Shown one piece after another: positions 40,074-54,558 of a stretch of DNA of 64,000 nucleotides. Each line of letters begins with the position of its first letter. Position 1 is the first letter of the stretch. The stretch spans positions 10,425,220 to 10,489,219 of the forward strand of contig OZ199840.1 in the NCBI GenBank assembly GCA_964304625.1, read 5' to 3'. Made by a program: the position numbers and the translations under genes. The notes beneath the pieces are model-generated. The model saw only the letters and a list, made by a program, of their open reading frames with translations. It was not told the origin of the DNA and did not search any database. The DNA is from Kudoa neothunni (Eukaryota > Animalia > Cnidaria).

Positions 40074-41966
40074 ATGTGGAAGTTGAAAGATTTTGGAAGT
40101 TCCTTGTATATTATTGATAAATAATAGGTGTTGAATTAAGTTGATTTCATAAGAGAGAACGCCTTTGGTACTTACAGCGAAACAGAGATTTTGGTAAGAG
40201 AGGCAACCTGTGAACAACCATGGGGTCCAACTCATAAACAAATGGAATATTTATGCGATCTATGTGACAACGAACCTGAATACTCGGAGTTGATGAACAT
40301 GCTTTGGTTTAGAATAACATACAATCCGCAGAAATCATGGCGAAGAGTGTATAAGGTTAATAGTTTTAGAGTTGTGTTTTCTCTACCTGTTTGTCAAATA
40401 AATTTAACCCAAACCTACTCACACAGCGTTACGTTTTAATGACCAAATAATCACTTATAGGGGTTGTTGATATTGGATTTTCTCGTCAAAAATGGACCTA
40501 TAAAGGTTGTACATGACGTGGCTGAAAATCTGCAATATCTCGAACAAATCAAACTCTATCAATACATGGATGAAAACGATCAAGATAAAACCATTAACAG
40601 TAACACTGCCTAGCTCACACTCCCATATAACAATCTTGTTCAGTAAAACATCGTGCTAATGAGATCAGGGATCTCATTGAGGACCATTCTCGTTTACGGA
40701 AAGAACGAAAAACTATGCAGAATTTGCGTACAAAAATGAATGGAACTTCAAATGAATTCTCGAAGAAAGTAGAGAAGTCACTTGCAATAAAAAGTAATTT
40801 ATCCACTATCATACAAAAAAATTATTTAAATATTTAAACATCAACTTATTACAGCTGATTATTGTTTTACTTCTATAATCTAATTGAAGTTGATAAATCC
40901 GTTTACAATAATAAAATTGTTCATATATTAATTAATTTTTGGTTGTAGCGAAAACATTTATCAGCGATATCATCGATAAGGTGAGCTCGAACAACACACC
41001 CACAAACAACAAATCATTTTATCAATCCTCGGAAAAAGTATTTAAAAAATCATTCGACCGTTATGGAGCTAGTAAAAGATCATCCAACAAAAGGTAATAA
41101 CACCACATTCGAATCACTTCTATAGATGTAAAATTAGTCTTTATACGGATGATGCAAGTAGCGACAACGAAAGGAGCCAAGAGATCACCTCTAACCAAAA
41201 CTACATCTCCAAGGTGGTAGAATTAGACACCATCACTACTGTGTCCAATCCAGGAAATGATACGGATGATTTTGGGGATTTTGGAGATTTTGTTGGAGGA
41301 ACTTCACCCATTAATGTCAAATCGACATCATTCAAAACAGGTAGGTTATCAATTGATCAATAGTAAAGTAAGATGATCATTAACCTAGATAACACTCAGA
41401 ATGGTGATCTCTTTGATATTTTTGGAGAATCGTCTGCGGTCAGTAATACAGCGTTTCCCACCGGAAACAATACAGACCCTATTTCGGCCGATCTAACCTC
41501 TTCTACAATCAATACAATTAACACAAACAATTTAAATAATGATATATTTTCCGCTTTCGATATGAATCAATCCACAACAAATACAAACCAGCCAACCAAT
41601 ATGAACGTTCCATTCGCTAATAATACACATACCATGAGTGGTACCAATTATTTCGATATTGGAGAATCCGGAAATGCTCCAAACGTGTCCATACCCCAAA
41701 ATTTTGTTCCCCCTTCACATCCAGGCTTCAAGATTGATCCCTTTGCTATTCCGGCAGATCCAACAAATGTATTTTTTTGAATATAGTTCATTGTGACAAT
41801 TTTAGATTTAACACAACAACAACAATTTATAATTTGGTTGGTTTAGGTAAAGCCGAACACCTCTGCTGCTACAATCGGCTCCAAGATCAACACCAAAAGC
41901 ACCACTTCCGATAGTTCTACTCCAATTGATTTAGATAGCCTAATCAATAAAAACATTAAATTTTGA
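40074..41966 (+). CDS. CLINT1: EpsinR / clathrin interactor 1 (ENTH domain)
   Basis: MWKLKD...YSETEILVREATCEQPWGP...ELMNMLWFR...KSWRRVYKGLLILDFLVKNG...RLRKER. Tail contains DDFGDFGDF, an AP-1 gamma-ear-binding type motif. Confidence 0.9.
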
Positions 41967-44796
41967 TTAAAAACGATTTATTTCTAATGCAAGACATCAA
42001 ATATATATTATTAATGATGAGTTTTCTTCTCCTCAATGTGTAGAATTAGTTACAAATTTGTACAAAAATAAAAATTTCCATTTGCTTTTTTTATTTATTT
42101 GTCTAATGAGTTAATGGAATGCTTTACGACTAGTATTTATCGATATGTTTTAATATTATGGTTTTTTTGTGGGATTTAAAGTAAATTTTTAGTTTTTTAT
42201 TATTTCTATATAAAGGCGATTAATGTATATATAAGGTATTTGCTGAATAAAATATAAGAGGATTGTTGGTTAAAATTAGTTTGTGATCGAAAAGGTTTGC
42301 CTAGTTTCCTATAGTTTGTTTAATGAAGTTTGTGTGTTTAAAATCGATTTTCAATAAAATTCTGCATACGGATTATTCTCAATGACAAATTTTAGAATAT
42401 TTTTTGCAATGATTTAAAAATTATCAAAATCTAAATACACTACAACAGAAAATGAGCTAGGATAAGAGTAAATAAAACCGTAATTAGCCATATACGCACT
42501 CAATGTATGCTGCGCAAGCGCATAAAAATTTTTGTTTTGGATTTTAAACAACTGCTGTGAAGAGGAGATAAAATTAAAATATAAATTAAATGCTCTCCAA
42601 ATATATTATTTTTAAGTAACCAACTTTACTTAAATTTAAATTTTAATGTAAACATTATTTCTTTATAAATTCGCAATAATAATTTCATAACGATTTAATA
42701 TTAGAAACAAAGTTTTTTAAATTATATTTGACTCAACAAAATAATAAAGTTTTATTAGACTGATTTTGAAATTAATTATTTGATTATTTAAATTTTTGAT
42801 AAAGAGGGAGTTTCCGTTCAGGTATTTTTTTTTGTTTAACCTTCTAAATAATTCTAAATAAAATGGGATAAATTTCTATCCCAAATGAATTCATTAACAG
42901 TACTATAGTGTATAAATGGAACATAAATCCTCTCCACTTTTTGTAATCTTTTATCTTTATGAAAACTTTCAGAAAAGTGAGTTGAATTTTTGTTTGTCAA
43001 TGTCAAATAAGTTTATGTAAAAACACCTTCCAGATAAAATTATTTAAAATATTTATTCGTGTGATTTTTTAAAATTTACGCAAATTCTATCGAGTAAATA
43101 ATGGATAAATAACGAAATACTATACATACGGCAGAAATACGCATGCGCAATGTCAATAAAGCTTGTCATTCTCTCATTACTTTTATACCAATTATTCAAA
43201 ATACGATGACATTTCATCAGTTTGCTTATTTATAAATTGTAGCGAGCATTTAAAAAACATATATGAAAACTGTTACTTAATATTCTTAGTTTTGTATTGT
43301 AGAGAACATTCAAAAAATATATGATAACTTTTTAGTGAAATAAACACTGTTTTCCATCATTATGTGTTTTTCTGCGCAATTTCACACCGAGTTGTTTACA
43401 AAAATATAGATTAATTGGCAGTTGTTATAAAACTTGAATTAAATGTAAAAACTAAAAAACCTCCGAAATCCACCCATAACATAAATACAATCATACTCCA
43501 TGGAAATGTAAATATAAATATGTGCGCGTGCGCATTTAGAATATATCTTTAATAATTGGTCATTTATTCGATTAATTTTCCTCATATTTTGTCATCCAAC
43601 GCCGAAAAATATTTGAGGCAGTTCTACCAAATAAAATGGTAGGGTAGATTTCAACCCAATTTTTATTTGGAAGGTGTAACTTTTTCAGCTACTTTACTTA
43701 AAAGGTTAAAGAAATATGTCTTTTTAATAATTATATATTGTTTATGCTAGAGAAAATTAGCTTTAGAATTTAAAAACAAGAGAAAAGAGACTGTAAAAAG
43801 GTCAAAATGTAGAATAATGGTCGTAATCCAAATCAGCGACTCTGTTAAAAAACGAACCTGTTGAATAAGTTATTATTGAGTATTTATTAATATTGCATCT
43901 CCAGTAGGGTAACTTTGACAACAGCTATTTTTCATCACAATAATACTTGATACAATCTATTATATGTTGTATTCCTAGCTCCTCGCGATTATCTCAACGG
44001 TTTCTAGCGTCAATTAAGCCGGTTAGAGTAAAGCTCGCTTTATTTATTTTAAAATTTGATTATGACTTTTATGAATTTTTACCGATTGTTATATTTAATC
44101 CTTAGCAATTGGCTAGTATTAATTCTGTCTATAAGAAAAAAATCTGTATTTTATGCAAACATTAGCTAATAAATTGTAGTAAATGCATAACGTTAATATC
44201 CAAAAAAATTTATTATAATTAATTCAGTAATTCCCATCATTAAATGCTCAACAAATTTCATGTACTTTTACAAAAATCTATTTAGTTAGAATATTGATTG
44301 GTTATTGTTTATATAATATTTTTCTTATAATGTTTCAACCAGCATGTAAAAAAAATTATTTAAAAAAATTGCTAAATAACGGAACTAAAAGTCACGTGCT
44401 TGACAAATTTCACGCACTTTTTTCGAGTATTTCTTGTTTATTATTTAGTGAAATCAATATTTAATGCCGGAAATCTCCTAAAATATATCTATTGTCGAAG
44501 AGTACAATATTACTAAGTATTATGAAAGTCTTCAATCTAATGGCCTGAAAACTGCTACTGTATCAAACTTCGAAATATCTATTATATTCTAATGGTATCC
44601 TAGAGATGAAAAATAAAATAATAAAAACCTATAAATGTTTGTAGAATTTAAACATAGAAATTATTTTCATGAAGGACAATTTAATCCTGTTGATGAAGAT
44701 GTATATGGGTGGACACGAAGCAGAAAGATTGCAGTAAGCGTCGTCACGATAATCAATAAGAGAAATCAACTAACCAAAGAGAAAGGTTTACCTTTA

Positions 44797-44836
44797 TGTG
44801 CAATTATGCAATTATGCAATTATGCAATTAATTATG
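44797..44836 (+). repeat. 8-bp tandem repeat (TGCAATTA)n grading into TGAAATTG
   Basis: Directly visible tandem units. Confidence 0.8.
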
Positions 44837-46034
44837 CAATTGTGAAATTGTGAAATTATTGTAAAATTCATTGATGGTTTCGTTGTTTTTAAAAAAGTTC
44901 CAACATTAAAAAATCAAATTCTCTTAGCTAATCTGCTGATGCTACTACTTCATAGTAGACCAATCAAATGAGAACATTTTATAAAAGATACCCTGAAAAT
45001 TTTAGTTAAAATGTAGACGAAACTGCCGTATTCTACTGATTACTGATAGCACCAAAAAGAATATTTCATAGATCATTGAAAAATATTTTTCTGCTGTTAA
45101 CACGTTTCTCGGGTTTTAATTATTGTTTAAAAATTAATATATAATTAACTAGTCTTTATAAACTCAATTTAATCATTATTAAATGTTAATTTTTTCTGAA
45201 ACAATCGCGCACGCAAATATATGAAATTCGATTTGAGGCATTATTTTCTTGGTCCAGAGGGGATTACGTGAAATTGGTTTTTCACTGTATCTCATCAATG
45301 TAATTTGAAATATGTGGGATTAATGTACGAATTAATTATAATCTTTAATCGGAAATGGCTATTGACACGATTATAATGTCCAGGTGGTTATAGTTTCGAC
45401 TGTGTTTAATTATCTTCGGTCCTTAGGAGAGTAAGCGAAAGGCAAACAAAAATAATAAAATAATTATGTAAAGCAGGTTCTAAAAAATCATTTATATTTG
45501 TAAAATTTATCAATTATAATTTTGGCCAGTGTAAATATCACTAAAGATAAAAATCCTACAGGCTAACCTAATTGCATAGATATTACCGAAATTATTCTGC
45601 ATTGCGGTCCCAAAGCGAGAATTAACGATGGGCTCGCGTATATATGTATATCTCGATTTCAATCGAACAAATTCGATATTCTGTAATATCTTGATGACGG
45701 TCTCTTTGTTCGTTCTAACAATATTGATCCCTGTGTTTGACCAAAGCTCGCGCATACAAATATTAAGGTTAATATTTTTGGGTTGTTCCCAAAAGAGACA
45801 TCATAACACTCACCACTCCCATAGTTTGCATTGAGATTCGCAATTTCCGCGACTAAACATCCAGCTCTTATTTAGCATAGAAATTTGCCGCATGGAATCA
45901 ACTATAGCGTTTAATCCAAAAAACGTTATACATATGATGACGTCGATAAAAACGCGTAATAACCGCAACCAAATAAATAGGAAATAATTGATGACGATAA
46001 TCACGCACGCGCAAACTTTTTTTATTTGCTCCCA

Positions 46035-49000
46035 ATGAAACTAAAGGTCAAGTCGATGGATGATCGTTCTCACGATTTTGAAATAGATGACAATGTATTT
46101 TTGTGATCACACATTGGTTGCTGTATTTGTTGTTTTGTGCAGAGCACAGTTAGTGCACTTAGGCGAAAAGTCGCTGAGCTTTATGTAACGAGAATCAACC
46201 CAAAATTTGGTCATATTATAATCGTAATTTTGTAGGAAATTCCACCATCAGAAATGACTTTAATCTACAGCGGGAGAGTGATATCAAACGGCGATGCAAC
46301 ACTCACATCTATTGGATGTATAGATTTTTGTTGGATAGGAATGCTCAGACAGAATTTTAATAATTTTGTTGGGTGGTGTAGTGGCTGAGGAATGCACATT
46401 GCATATGATTAAAAAATTGCCACGACCACCAAACGACCGAACCACTCGAACCACAGAACCCACATCCGATAGAAATACTGCTCCACCGAACGAACCACCC
46501 AACTGTAATTCAATAAATTATTCAATTGACAATTCGCACTCATTAGACAGCCCTCGTGTGGTAAACTTTGAGTTGCATGCATCGGTAGCTTCAATGACTA
46601 GCATTCCGGATAACATTACTCAATACATCAATCGAATGAATCCGTTACGTGCACGATATCAACAGAGTACGACGAATGGATAATTAGAATTTGATTGAAT
46701 GAAGTATTTTAAGGGGCGCAGGAACTACGCCAAAGATTTCCCGTATCAACTACAATTCCTCAAGTATAAACTATGAAATCGCCCCCTCTCTTCAATTACA
46801 CTTATCTAATTACATAATTACTTAGGATCAAGTATGTTTGTTTGTACCACACACAAGCATATGGGTTTGATATTAGCGTGATGAGGATTTGGAATTTTTA
46901 TTTGCTAAAATGAGTGGAGCCACAGAAGATTGGAATAGATTCTATACAAATTATTGTCATGCTGTAAATTTTACCTCGCTCAACAACAAAAGAGATTAAT
47001 GAGGAATTGTTGTTGTTGTTGTTGTTGTTGTAGGCTGAAAGAGAGGATTTAATGGATGAGGAATTTGGCGCCACAACATCAACCACCACATCCGACACTC
47101 AGCCGATTGCAAACGAGAGACATCATTTGTAAAATTCTCATTTATCCCATTCGATCTCACTCACACTCGAATAAATTATTAGTTATTTTCAGGAATACAT
47201 GCGACATCTTTCTGAAACACTCACCAAGGTTGATCGTATTGGAAATATCATACGTATCACTATTCAAGAGTTGAGATCGTTCGCCGAAACTGCTATTGTA
47301 TGAAAATTGATTTAAATCCTAACTTAAACGTTGGTTAATGACACCACCAAATAAACTTTGATTATTACGCCTGCGCGGTATAAATTAATTAAATCCTGTT
47401 CCAACCGTTGATTTAAAACCATGGAATAACATTAAATGACATTAAATGACGTTAAATAACATAACATTTGAAGATTTGAGTTGATTTTATTTATTTCATC
47501 TGAGTTATCGTGGTTAGAATTTAAGATTAATTTAAAGAATTTTTAATAGAATTAACCGGCGCTGCTATATTTATGATTTACGCTGTCTGTTTCAACTCAC
47601 TTAAATTAAACGCTCACAAATTTTTGGGTCAGTTTCCATGGGGATACATTTATACTTTTTAGTGTCCAGACGTTTCCTGTTAAAATTTTATTATATTTAT
47701 GCATATTATACAAATTTTTGGATAAATACAAGGATAATATTAAGAGAAATACATAGCCGAATAGGTTGGCATGTTTTAATCACTTTCGGAATGTTAAAAT
47801 TATTCCATCAACCAATTTCCATATAGCGCTTTAAAGTGTAGTTGATCTAATGCATTTGGTATAAACGCGTTTAATGTCAAGACGCATCTACATCATTAAA
47901 TTGAATTTTTGGAGGAATCGGTAATGGCATAGGCTATTGACACCGATGTAATTTAAGTCTAACCGGCATGTATGCTTGAAAAATGTTGGCTCAATGGGAA
48001 TTTTTAATATTGACAACTCCCACTTACAAGCTGTTTATAGATTTAATTTTTTATAATCTGCTGTATTTCATTATTTCTGACCTTAAGAGCCAGGCGGTGA
48101 GCCGGAAATGATTAAATATAGTCAAAATTAATGTCACCCGAATATTATTTACCATGCAAATAATCAATTCCACTGGTAATCGATATATTTCTGGAGTGGC
48201 TAGACTTATTGTAAACGGGAGCCGAATTTGATAAACTTCTAATTTTTTGAAGTCTTAAGGTAAGGACAAAAATTAAATTTATGTGATTTTTATTATAAAT
48301 ATACTTTTCCTAAAAGTTTAATTACTTAATTTATTGTTAATTCTTGATACATGCATTATCCTGTGATTTCCAAAATATCTAAATAACTTTATAAGCAAAA
48401 TTTAATGAAATAATTAGTCAAGCTTAAACTTTCCAGGAGCCACAATTTGGTCAACCTGGTATAGTATATCCTATAGATCCGGGTAGGTTAAATTACATTA
48501 AAATTTTATAGGGGTAATTTGTGCATAATAAAGTTTGTGACGTACTTAAGGATTTCCACGGAATTATATTAATCAATGTAAATAACCCTCTAATGCAGAG
48601 GTTCTTAACAGTTTTTTTCAAATTTATCCTTGAAACCGAATTCATGTTTACTTTAAGATTTTATACTAGTTTAAATAGAGTGGAAGCTATTTGAGGGGTA
48701 AATTCTGGTTCTAAAAAACACGTATGCTTGCATAGTAACAGTTTTTAATCCCATCAACTCGTTCACAAGCTGTATGCAGATTTTATTCTTTAGAATTTGC
48801 TAAATCATATTAATTTTTTCCCAAACCTTCGCTCTTACGAGAAGAAATAATTAAAAATAGTCAAAACTAACGACAATTGAATATTGTCTACCATTTAAAT
48901 AGTCATTTTAAGAATTTTGGCCCAATTCATATTTAGTTTAATAGCCCTGAATAATATAATTCCTTAGAAATCTGGAAATACGTCACAAACTTATAGTGCA

Positions 49001-52000
49001 AAAATTCTACTTATCTAATTTTGATGATATTTAATTTACCCCTGCTCTAATAGATTTGGGGTAATAAATACCGCAATTTTTTCTCCACCAAAATTAGACT
49101 TAAAAATATTTTGAGAAGATTTCACCAAATTAAGCACATTTTTTATGGGGAAATCTCAAAATTTAACTTTCTTAATTCTTACCAAATCATGTTATTTAAT
49201 TCATTAAACTCTCACTCGTCATCTCCATTCCGAAAATAGATTACCTGGATAATAGCTGCAGTGATATGACAGATATTTCTCGCTGTAAATATGATGAGAA
49301 TGATGAGGATCTAAATTTTTTTCGGTGTGAATAATTTTTATGGCCTACATTATTTTTAAAGAACGATACTAAAAAAATTAATATTACTCATGTCTTCGTC
49401 AAACTGTGTAAAGTGGTTATCCACCATATGGAACTAATTTGTTACTCACGTTACGGGTGAACTTAATTTATCAATATTTTCACGTATCAAAAATTGGGTC
49501 ATCCCACCCCACCAATTCGTTACAATTAATGTTCAAGGCGATAAAAACAAAGATAGCGCCAACATATTTATCCCATTTTGAACTATTTTTTTTCGCAATG
49601 TAAATGTTGCTGAAAATACGACATATATTTGTCGATCAATTTCTATTTAATTTTACAGGTGAAAACATAATTTTTATTACATTTAAAGATGCAATAAAAA
49701 CCTGGGGTATTTTTTTACCCAAAAATCCATGGTAGGTAACTCGATTTTAAGTACATTAGAGGGTTAAAATCAATAAGAAATAGACAGACATGCTTAAAAT
49801 GTTTTCGGGAATAAGTACAGCACAGCTATTTATAAAACTATTATCGGCCTCTTTCTTTTATTGCTTGGTTATCTTTTAGTGATGTGGCCTAATATTAATA
49901 TAGTAAATTCTCGATACAGCGAACGTAATTTGTTATATTTTAGAACATTTTTTAATAGTTTTACCTTAATATGGAAGAAAAAATAATAATGTATGAAGTC
50001 AGAAACCTATTTTCGATGGTTTAATTTCATATAAGATTAAAGAAATCGGATAAAAAGGAAGAATAAATGTTTTTGCTATTGCTTAAGTTAAATTGTCGAT
50101 ATTATTCCCTTTAATATTTAAAATAATTTAAATAAAACCCGAAAGTGACTTGTGATCAGAGAAATATTAAAGAAACATTATTATGTAATGAATCGTGATG
50201 AGCAGTTTTTGAACTCTCGAGTCGTATATTAAAGACGGTAGCTCTGTTGCGGAATGCGCAGTTGGTAACTTTAATTACAATCTATATTATCAATCATTAC
50301 ACCAAAAGTCAACAACTATGAGATACCCCCACAAAATGAACGAATAATTATCTGTATTGTTTGCGTAATTTTTTCTTGGTCCCCAAAGTTACAAAATTTT
50401 AAGAGTTTACTGTAAAACTTGAAGTGACTATTGGCTAGATGAATAATATTTTGTTGTCACCGGCCTTGGCTATTGTTTATTAATTCTAGACCCTAAGAGC
50501 GAAGGACATAAACAGAAATAATCAAATTTGGTTGAATCTAAAAAATTAAATCCGTAGACAGCTTTTGCGTATGAGTTGATTGGATTAAAAATTGTCATTG
50601 CACAGGCGTACATGTTTTTATAATTGGAATTTATTTTGCAAATAGCCTCTGTCATCGGTAAACCAGCATAAGAAATAAATATGAATTTGGCTTCTAATTT
50701 AGGGTGGTGGATTTAGAGTTCTCATCAGGCTGAGGGAGTAAATATGAAAAATTGATTAAGAATCCGCGAATTAAAATAATAGTACACACTAAATTAGACA
50801 CTCTTAAACAGAGTAATGCACATATTTTTATGATAATTTATAAATTATGAATACTTTTCTGATGCTGTTGCGAACTTTAACAAGGTAAAATGAAACTTGT
50901 CAATATGTGGTATATTGTAGTTAATTTGGGTTATGTTTTTTATTTTTCAAAAAATTTAATTATAAAAGTTATGAGTAGCTTCTCCAATGGTCATTTTTGG
51001 GGTGTCTTTGTTTATTCTTTACAATTTGAATTTTCTAATAATTAATGCGCTCTATCCACAGACTAGCACCAACGTTGAAGATGTCCAGTCTCGTGTCCAA
51101 TCCACAATGAACAACTTCTGTCGTCTTATGGCAATTTTTAGTATTATGTTGCAACAGTTGGCTTCAGTCCAGATAAATATTGACACGAATGCTCCTTTCG
51201 CTTTTCGTACCATTCCAAATTCCCTCACAGACACCATGCGAGACACTACTCTCTCGCAATTATTGGGAACAAATTTATTCACTACTAATGGTAGATGGCT
51301 AATTTTTTTCTCTAGCAATAATAAGGTGAAATAAATTAGTACCTTCTGCCGACATGACCAATGGAGTGGCTATTCCCATAATTACAGCGATCGATAGTTA
51401 TGATGAGCCAAACACCACAAACGCATCCCAATCCAATGAAAACAGGTTTGTTCTATTGCACAGCAAATTCTACCATCAATTATACATTTTATTGAAAATA
51501 TTTATTTATAAATGGAATTACAGTAATAAACAAAAACACAATTTTACTTAATGTCGTATTTGGCGTGAATTCGATGGTTTGAAAAATATTAACTATAATT
51601 GCCATAATCGCGTGTGGTTGGTTTATTTAATATAATATCATCTAGCAGAAATTACCAACAACCAAACGACAATATTATAGCCGACGATGTCGCAAGGTAG
51701 GAATCAGCTTTGTTTGTGATAGTGCTGTGCTGCTAGTTATCACACCGATTGTTTCTATTTATTCCATTAATAGATCGATTCGTGAAATGGTTGCACCTTT
51801 TTTTGATGCCATCCCAGCTAATACCACAAACCCAGCTGACATGCAACGTTCATCACAACAAACTAGGCGTGGAAATAATACTAGTAGAAATCCCCCACGA
51901 TCCCAGCCCACTACCGCCACCACCAATCCTCCACCTTCTCCTCCTATGGATGAGAATTTTTTAAACAATCTTGCGTCAACCGATGAGGTATATCCTTTAT

Positions 52001-52692
52001 TGATATGATATATTTTTAAATGTACACTTGTGTCTATTGGTACGTGTAAATTTGATTATTTCTCTAATGTTTTGGCGGTAATTAGTTGTAATAACTATTG
52101 AGAATATAATATTGGATTAGTAGTTTTTATTTAAACATAATATAAAAGGAGATTATTTTGATAAACTTGAAAAAGTAGGAACTCATAATTTTATCTCGCG
52201 CGTGTGTCCACCATAATTAAATAACAACGTCCTGTATAGATTTATATCTATTAAATTTTCATCAAACTATATTATTATGCTTATAGCGATACAGATCATT
52301 CTTGGAGAGTGAGTATAGACGAATTCAAAGACCCGAGACCGTTGCTGCCACCCAAGCACCCTCATCTCAACGTAGTTTTAACTATTTGAGAGATGTGGCA
52401 AATGACGAGCGTGAGGTAGACTATATTAGACATGCAATATCTACTTCTTACGCATAAATTTTAGGTAGAACGAATAGAGGCTGCTGGCGAATTTTTCAGA
52501 GGCAGCGGCAGCGATTTTATTCTCTCTAGCAAACCGTACAGAGACCACGCAGCACATTTACGTGTGGACTCATTTAGAAGAAGAATTTTCGATAAGCTAA
52601 TCAGTTCACCCGAGTTCAACCAGAAATATGGAGAATTTATAAAAGGAAAACTTCTTCATCTTCAAACCCTCTACCGAAGCAACGATTCATAG
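46035..52692 (+). CDS. N-terminal ubiquitin-like domain protein, BAG6-like, multi-exon
   Basis: MKLKVKSMDDRSHDFEIDDNSTVSALRRKVA...LIYSGRVI...TLHMIKKLPRPP is a UBL followed by Pro/Thr-rich regions. The C-terminal FRRRIFDKLISSPEFN weakly resembles the BAG6 tail. Contains a 3.7-kb TE-filled intron (~47298-51061). Orthology is tentative. Confidence 0.65.
48586..49763. mobile_element. Non-autonomous piggyBac-like element in the BAG6-like intron
   Basis: ATAA|CCCTCTAATG ... CATTAGAGGG|TTAA. Confidence 0.75.
49901..50412. mobile_element. TA-flanked Tc1/mariner-type MITE
   Basis: TA|TAGTAAATTCTC ... AGAGTTTACTG|TA imperfect TIRs. Confidence 0.55.
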
Positions 52693-53276
52693 CAGAGTTT
52701 CTGGTCGGTTGGAGATGTGGGATATATATTTTTGAATTTTTCCATTGACAAATAGCTTTTTTGATTGTAAAATCGCATTTTTCCACTTTTCAAATATTCT
52801 TGTATTGATAATTGTAATTTCTCCCCAACGAATTTCATATCTCACATTATATCTCTGATTTTTAATGCCGTCTACTTTCCTGTAAGACTTGAAATGTAGC
52901 TCTTAGCGGAAGTTAATTGTTGCGTGAATCTTCTCTATTATGAGTATATTAGCTAATAGTACATCTAAATAATTGTATATTCATATTTTTGGTTTTGGTA
53001 AGATTAAACATTTCAATATTTCAACATTTATATCCCAGTCATCACATGATTACTTACAATTAGAGGTCGTAATATTCGACGATTTTTTTTAACTAACGCA
53101 TGCACAGAATATAACTTTATCATCAAACTCAAGCTCAAGCTCAATGCCAATGAAATAAATATAAATATATTCCTTTAGAATATACCATTTAAAGCATTCT
53201 CATTGGTTCAAGCGCTAGATTCAGTTTATAACTTTTGAGAAAATGCCATAATTTTGAGAAACATCTTTCCACGGCT

Positions 53277-54558
53277 GTAAGTAAGTGAGTGAGTAAGTAA
53301 GTGAGTGAGTAAGTAAGTGAGTGAGTAAGTAAGTGAGTGAGTAAGTAAGTGAGTGAGTAAGTAAGTGAGTGAGTAAGTAAGTGAGTGAGTAAGTAAGTGA
53401 GTGAGTAAGTAAGTGAGTGAGTAAGTAAGTGAGTGAGTAAGTAAGTGAGTGAGTAAGTAAGTGAGTGAGTAAGTAAGTGAGTGAGTAAGTAAGTGAGTGA
53501 GTAAGTGAGTGAGTAAGTAAGTGAGTGAGTAAGTGAGTAAGTGAGTGAGTAAGTAAGTGAGTGAGTGAGTAAGTGAGTAAGTGAGTGAGTAAGTAAGTGA
53601 GTGAGTAAGTAAGTGAGTGAGTAAGTAAGTGAGTGAGTAAGTGAGTGAGTGAGTAAGTAAGTGAGTGAGTAAGTAAGTGAGTGAGTAAGTAAGTGAGTGA
53701 GTAAGTAAGTGAGTGAGTAAGTAAGTGAGTGAGTAAGTGAGTAAGTGAGTGAGTAAGTGAGTAAGTGAGTAAGTGAGTAAGTAAGTGAGTGAGTAAGTGA
53801 GTAAGTAAGTGAGTAAGTAAGTGAGTGAGTAAGTAAGTGAGTGAGTAAGTAAGTGAGTGAGTAAGTAAGTGAGTGAGTAAGTAAGTGAGTGAGTAAGTGA
53901 GTGAGTAAGTGAGTAAGTGAGTAAGTAAGTGAGTGAGTAAGTGAGTAAGTAAGTGAGTAAGTGAGTGAGTAAGTGAGTAAGTGAGTGAGTAAGTGAGTAA
54001 GTGAGTGAGTAAGTGAGTAAGTGAGTGAGTAAGTGAGTAAGTGAGTGAGTAAGTAAGTGAGTGAGTAAGTAAGTGAGTGAGTAAGTGAGTGAGTAAGTGA
54101 GTAAGTGAGTAAGTAAGTGAGTGAGTAAGTGAGTAAGTAAGTGAGTAAGTAAGTGAGTGAGTAAGTGAGTAAGTGAGTAAGTGAGTGAGTAAGTGAGTAA
54201 GTGAGTGAGTAAGTGAGTAAGTGAGTGAGTAAGTAAGTGAGTGAGTAAGTAAGTGAGTGAGTAAGTGAGTGAGTAAGTGAGTAAGTGAGTAAGTAAGTGA
54301 GTGAGTAAGTGAGTAAGTAAGTGAGTAAGTAAGTGAGTGAGTAAGTGAGTAAGTGAGTGAGTAAGTGAGTGAGTAAGTGAGTAAGTAAGTGAGTGAGTAA
54401 GTGAGTGAGTAAGTAAGTGAGTGAGTAAGTGAGTGAGTGAGTAAGTAAGTAAGTAAGTGAGTGAGTAAGTAAGTGAGTGAGTAAGTGAGTAAGTGAGTGA
54501 GTAAGTGAGTGAGTAAGTGAGTAAGTGAGTAAGTAAGTGAGTGAGTAAGTGAGTAAGT
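53277..54558 (+). repeat. 1.28-kb compound (GTAA/GTGA) tetranucleotide satellite
   Basis: Composed only of GTAA and GTGA units. A 16-mer (GTAA)2(GTGA)2 period dominates the left part. A ~180-bp block is repeated at 54001 and 54181. Confidence 0.98.
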
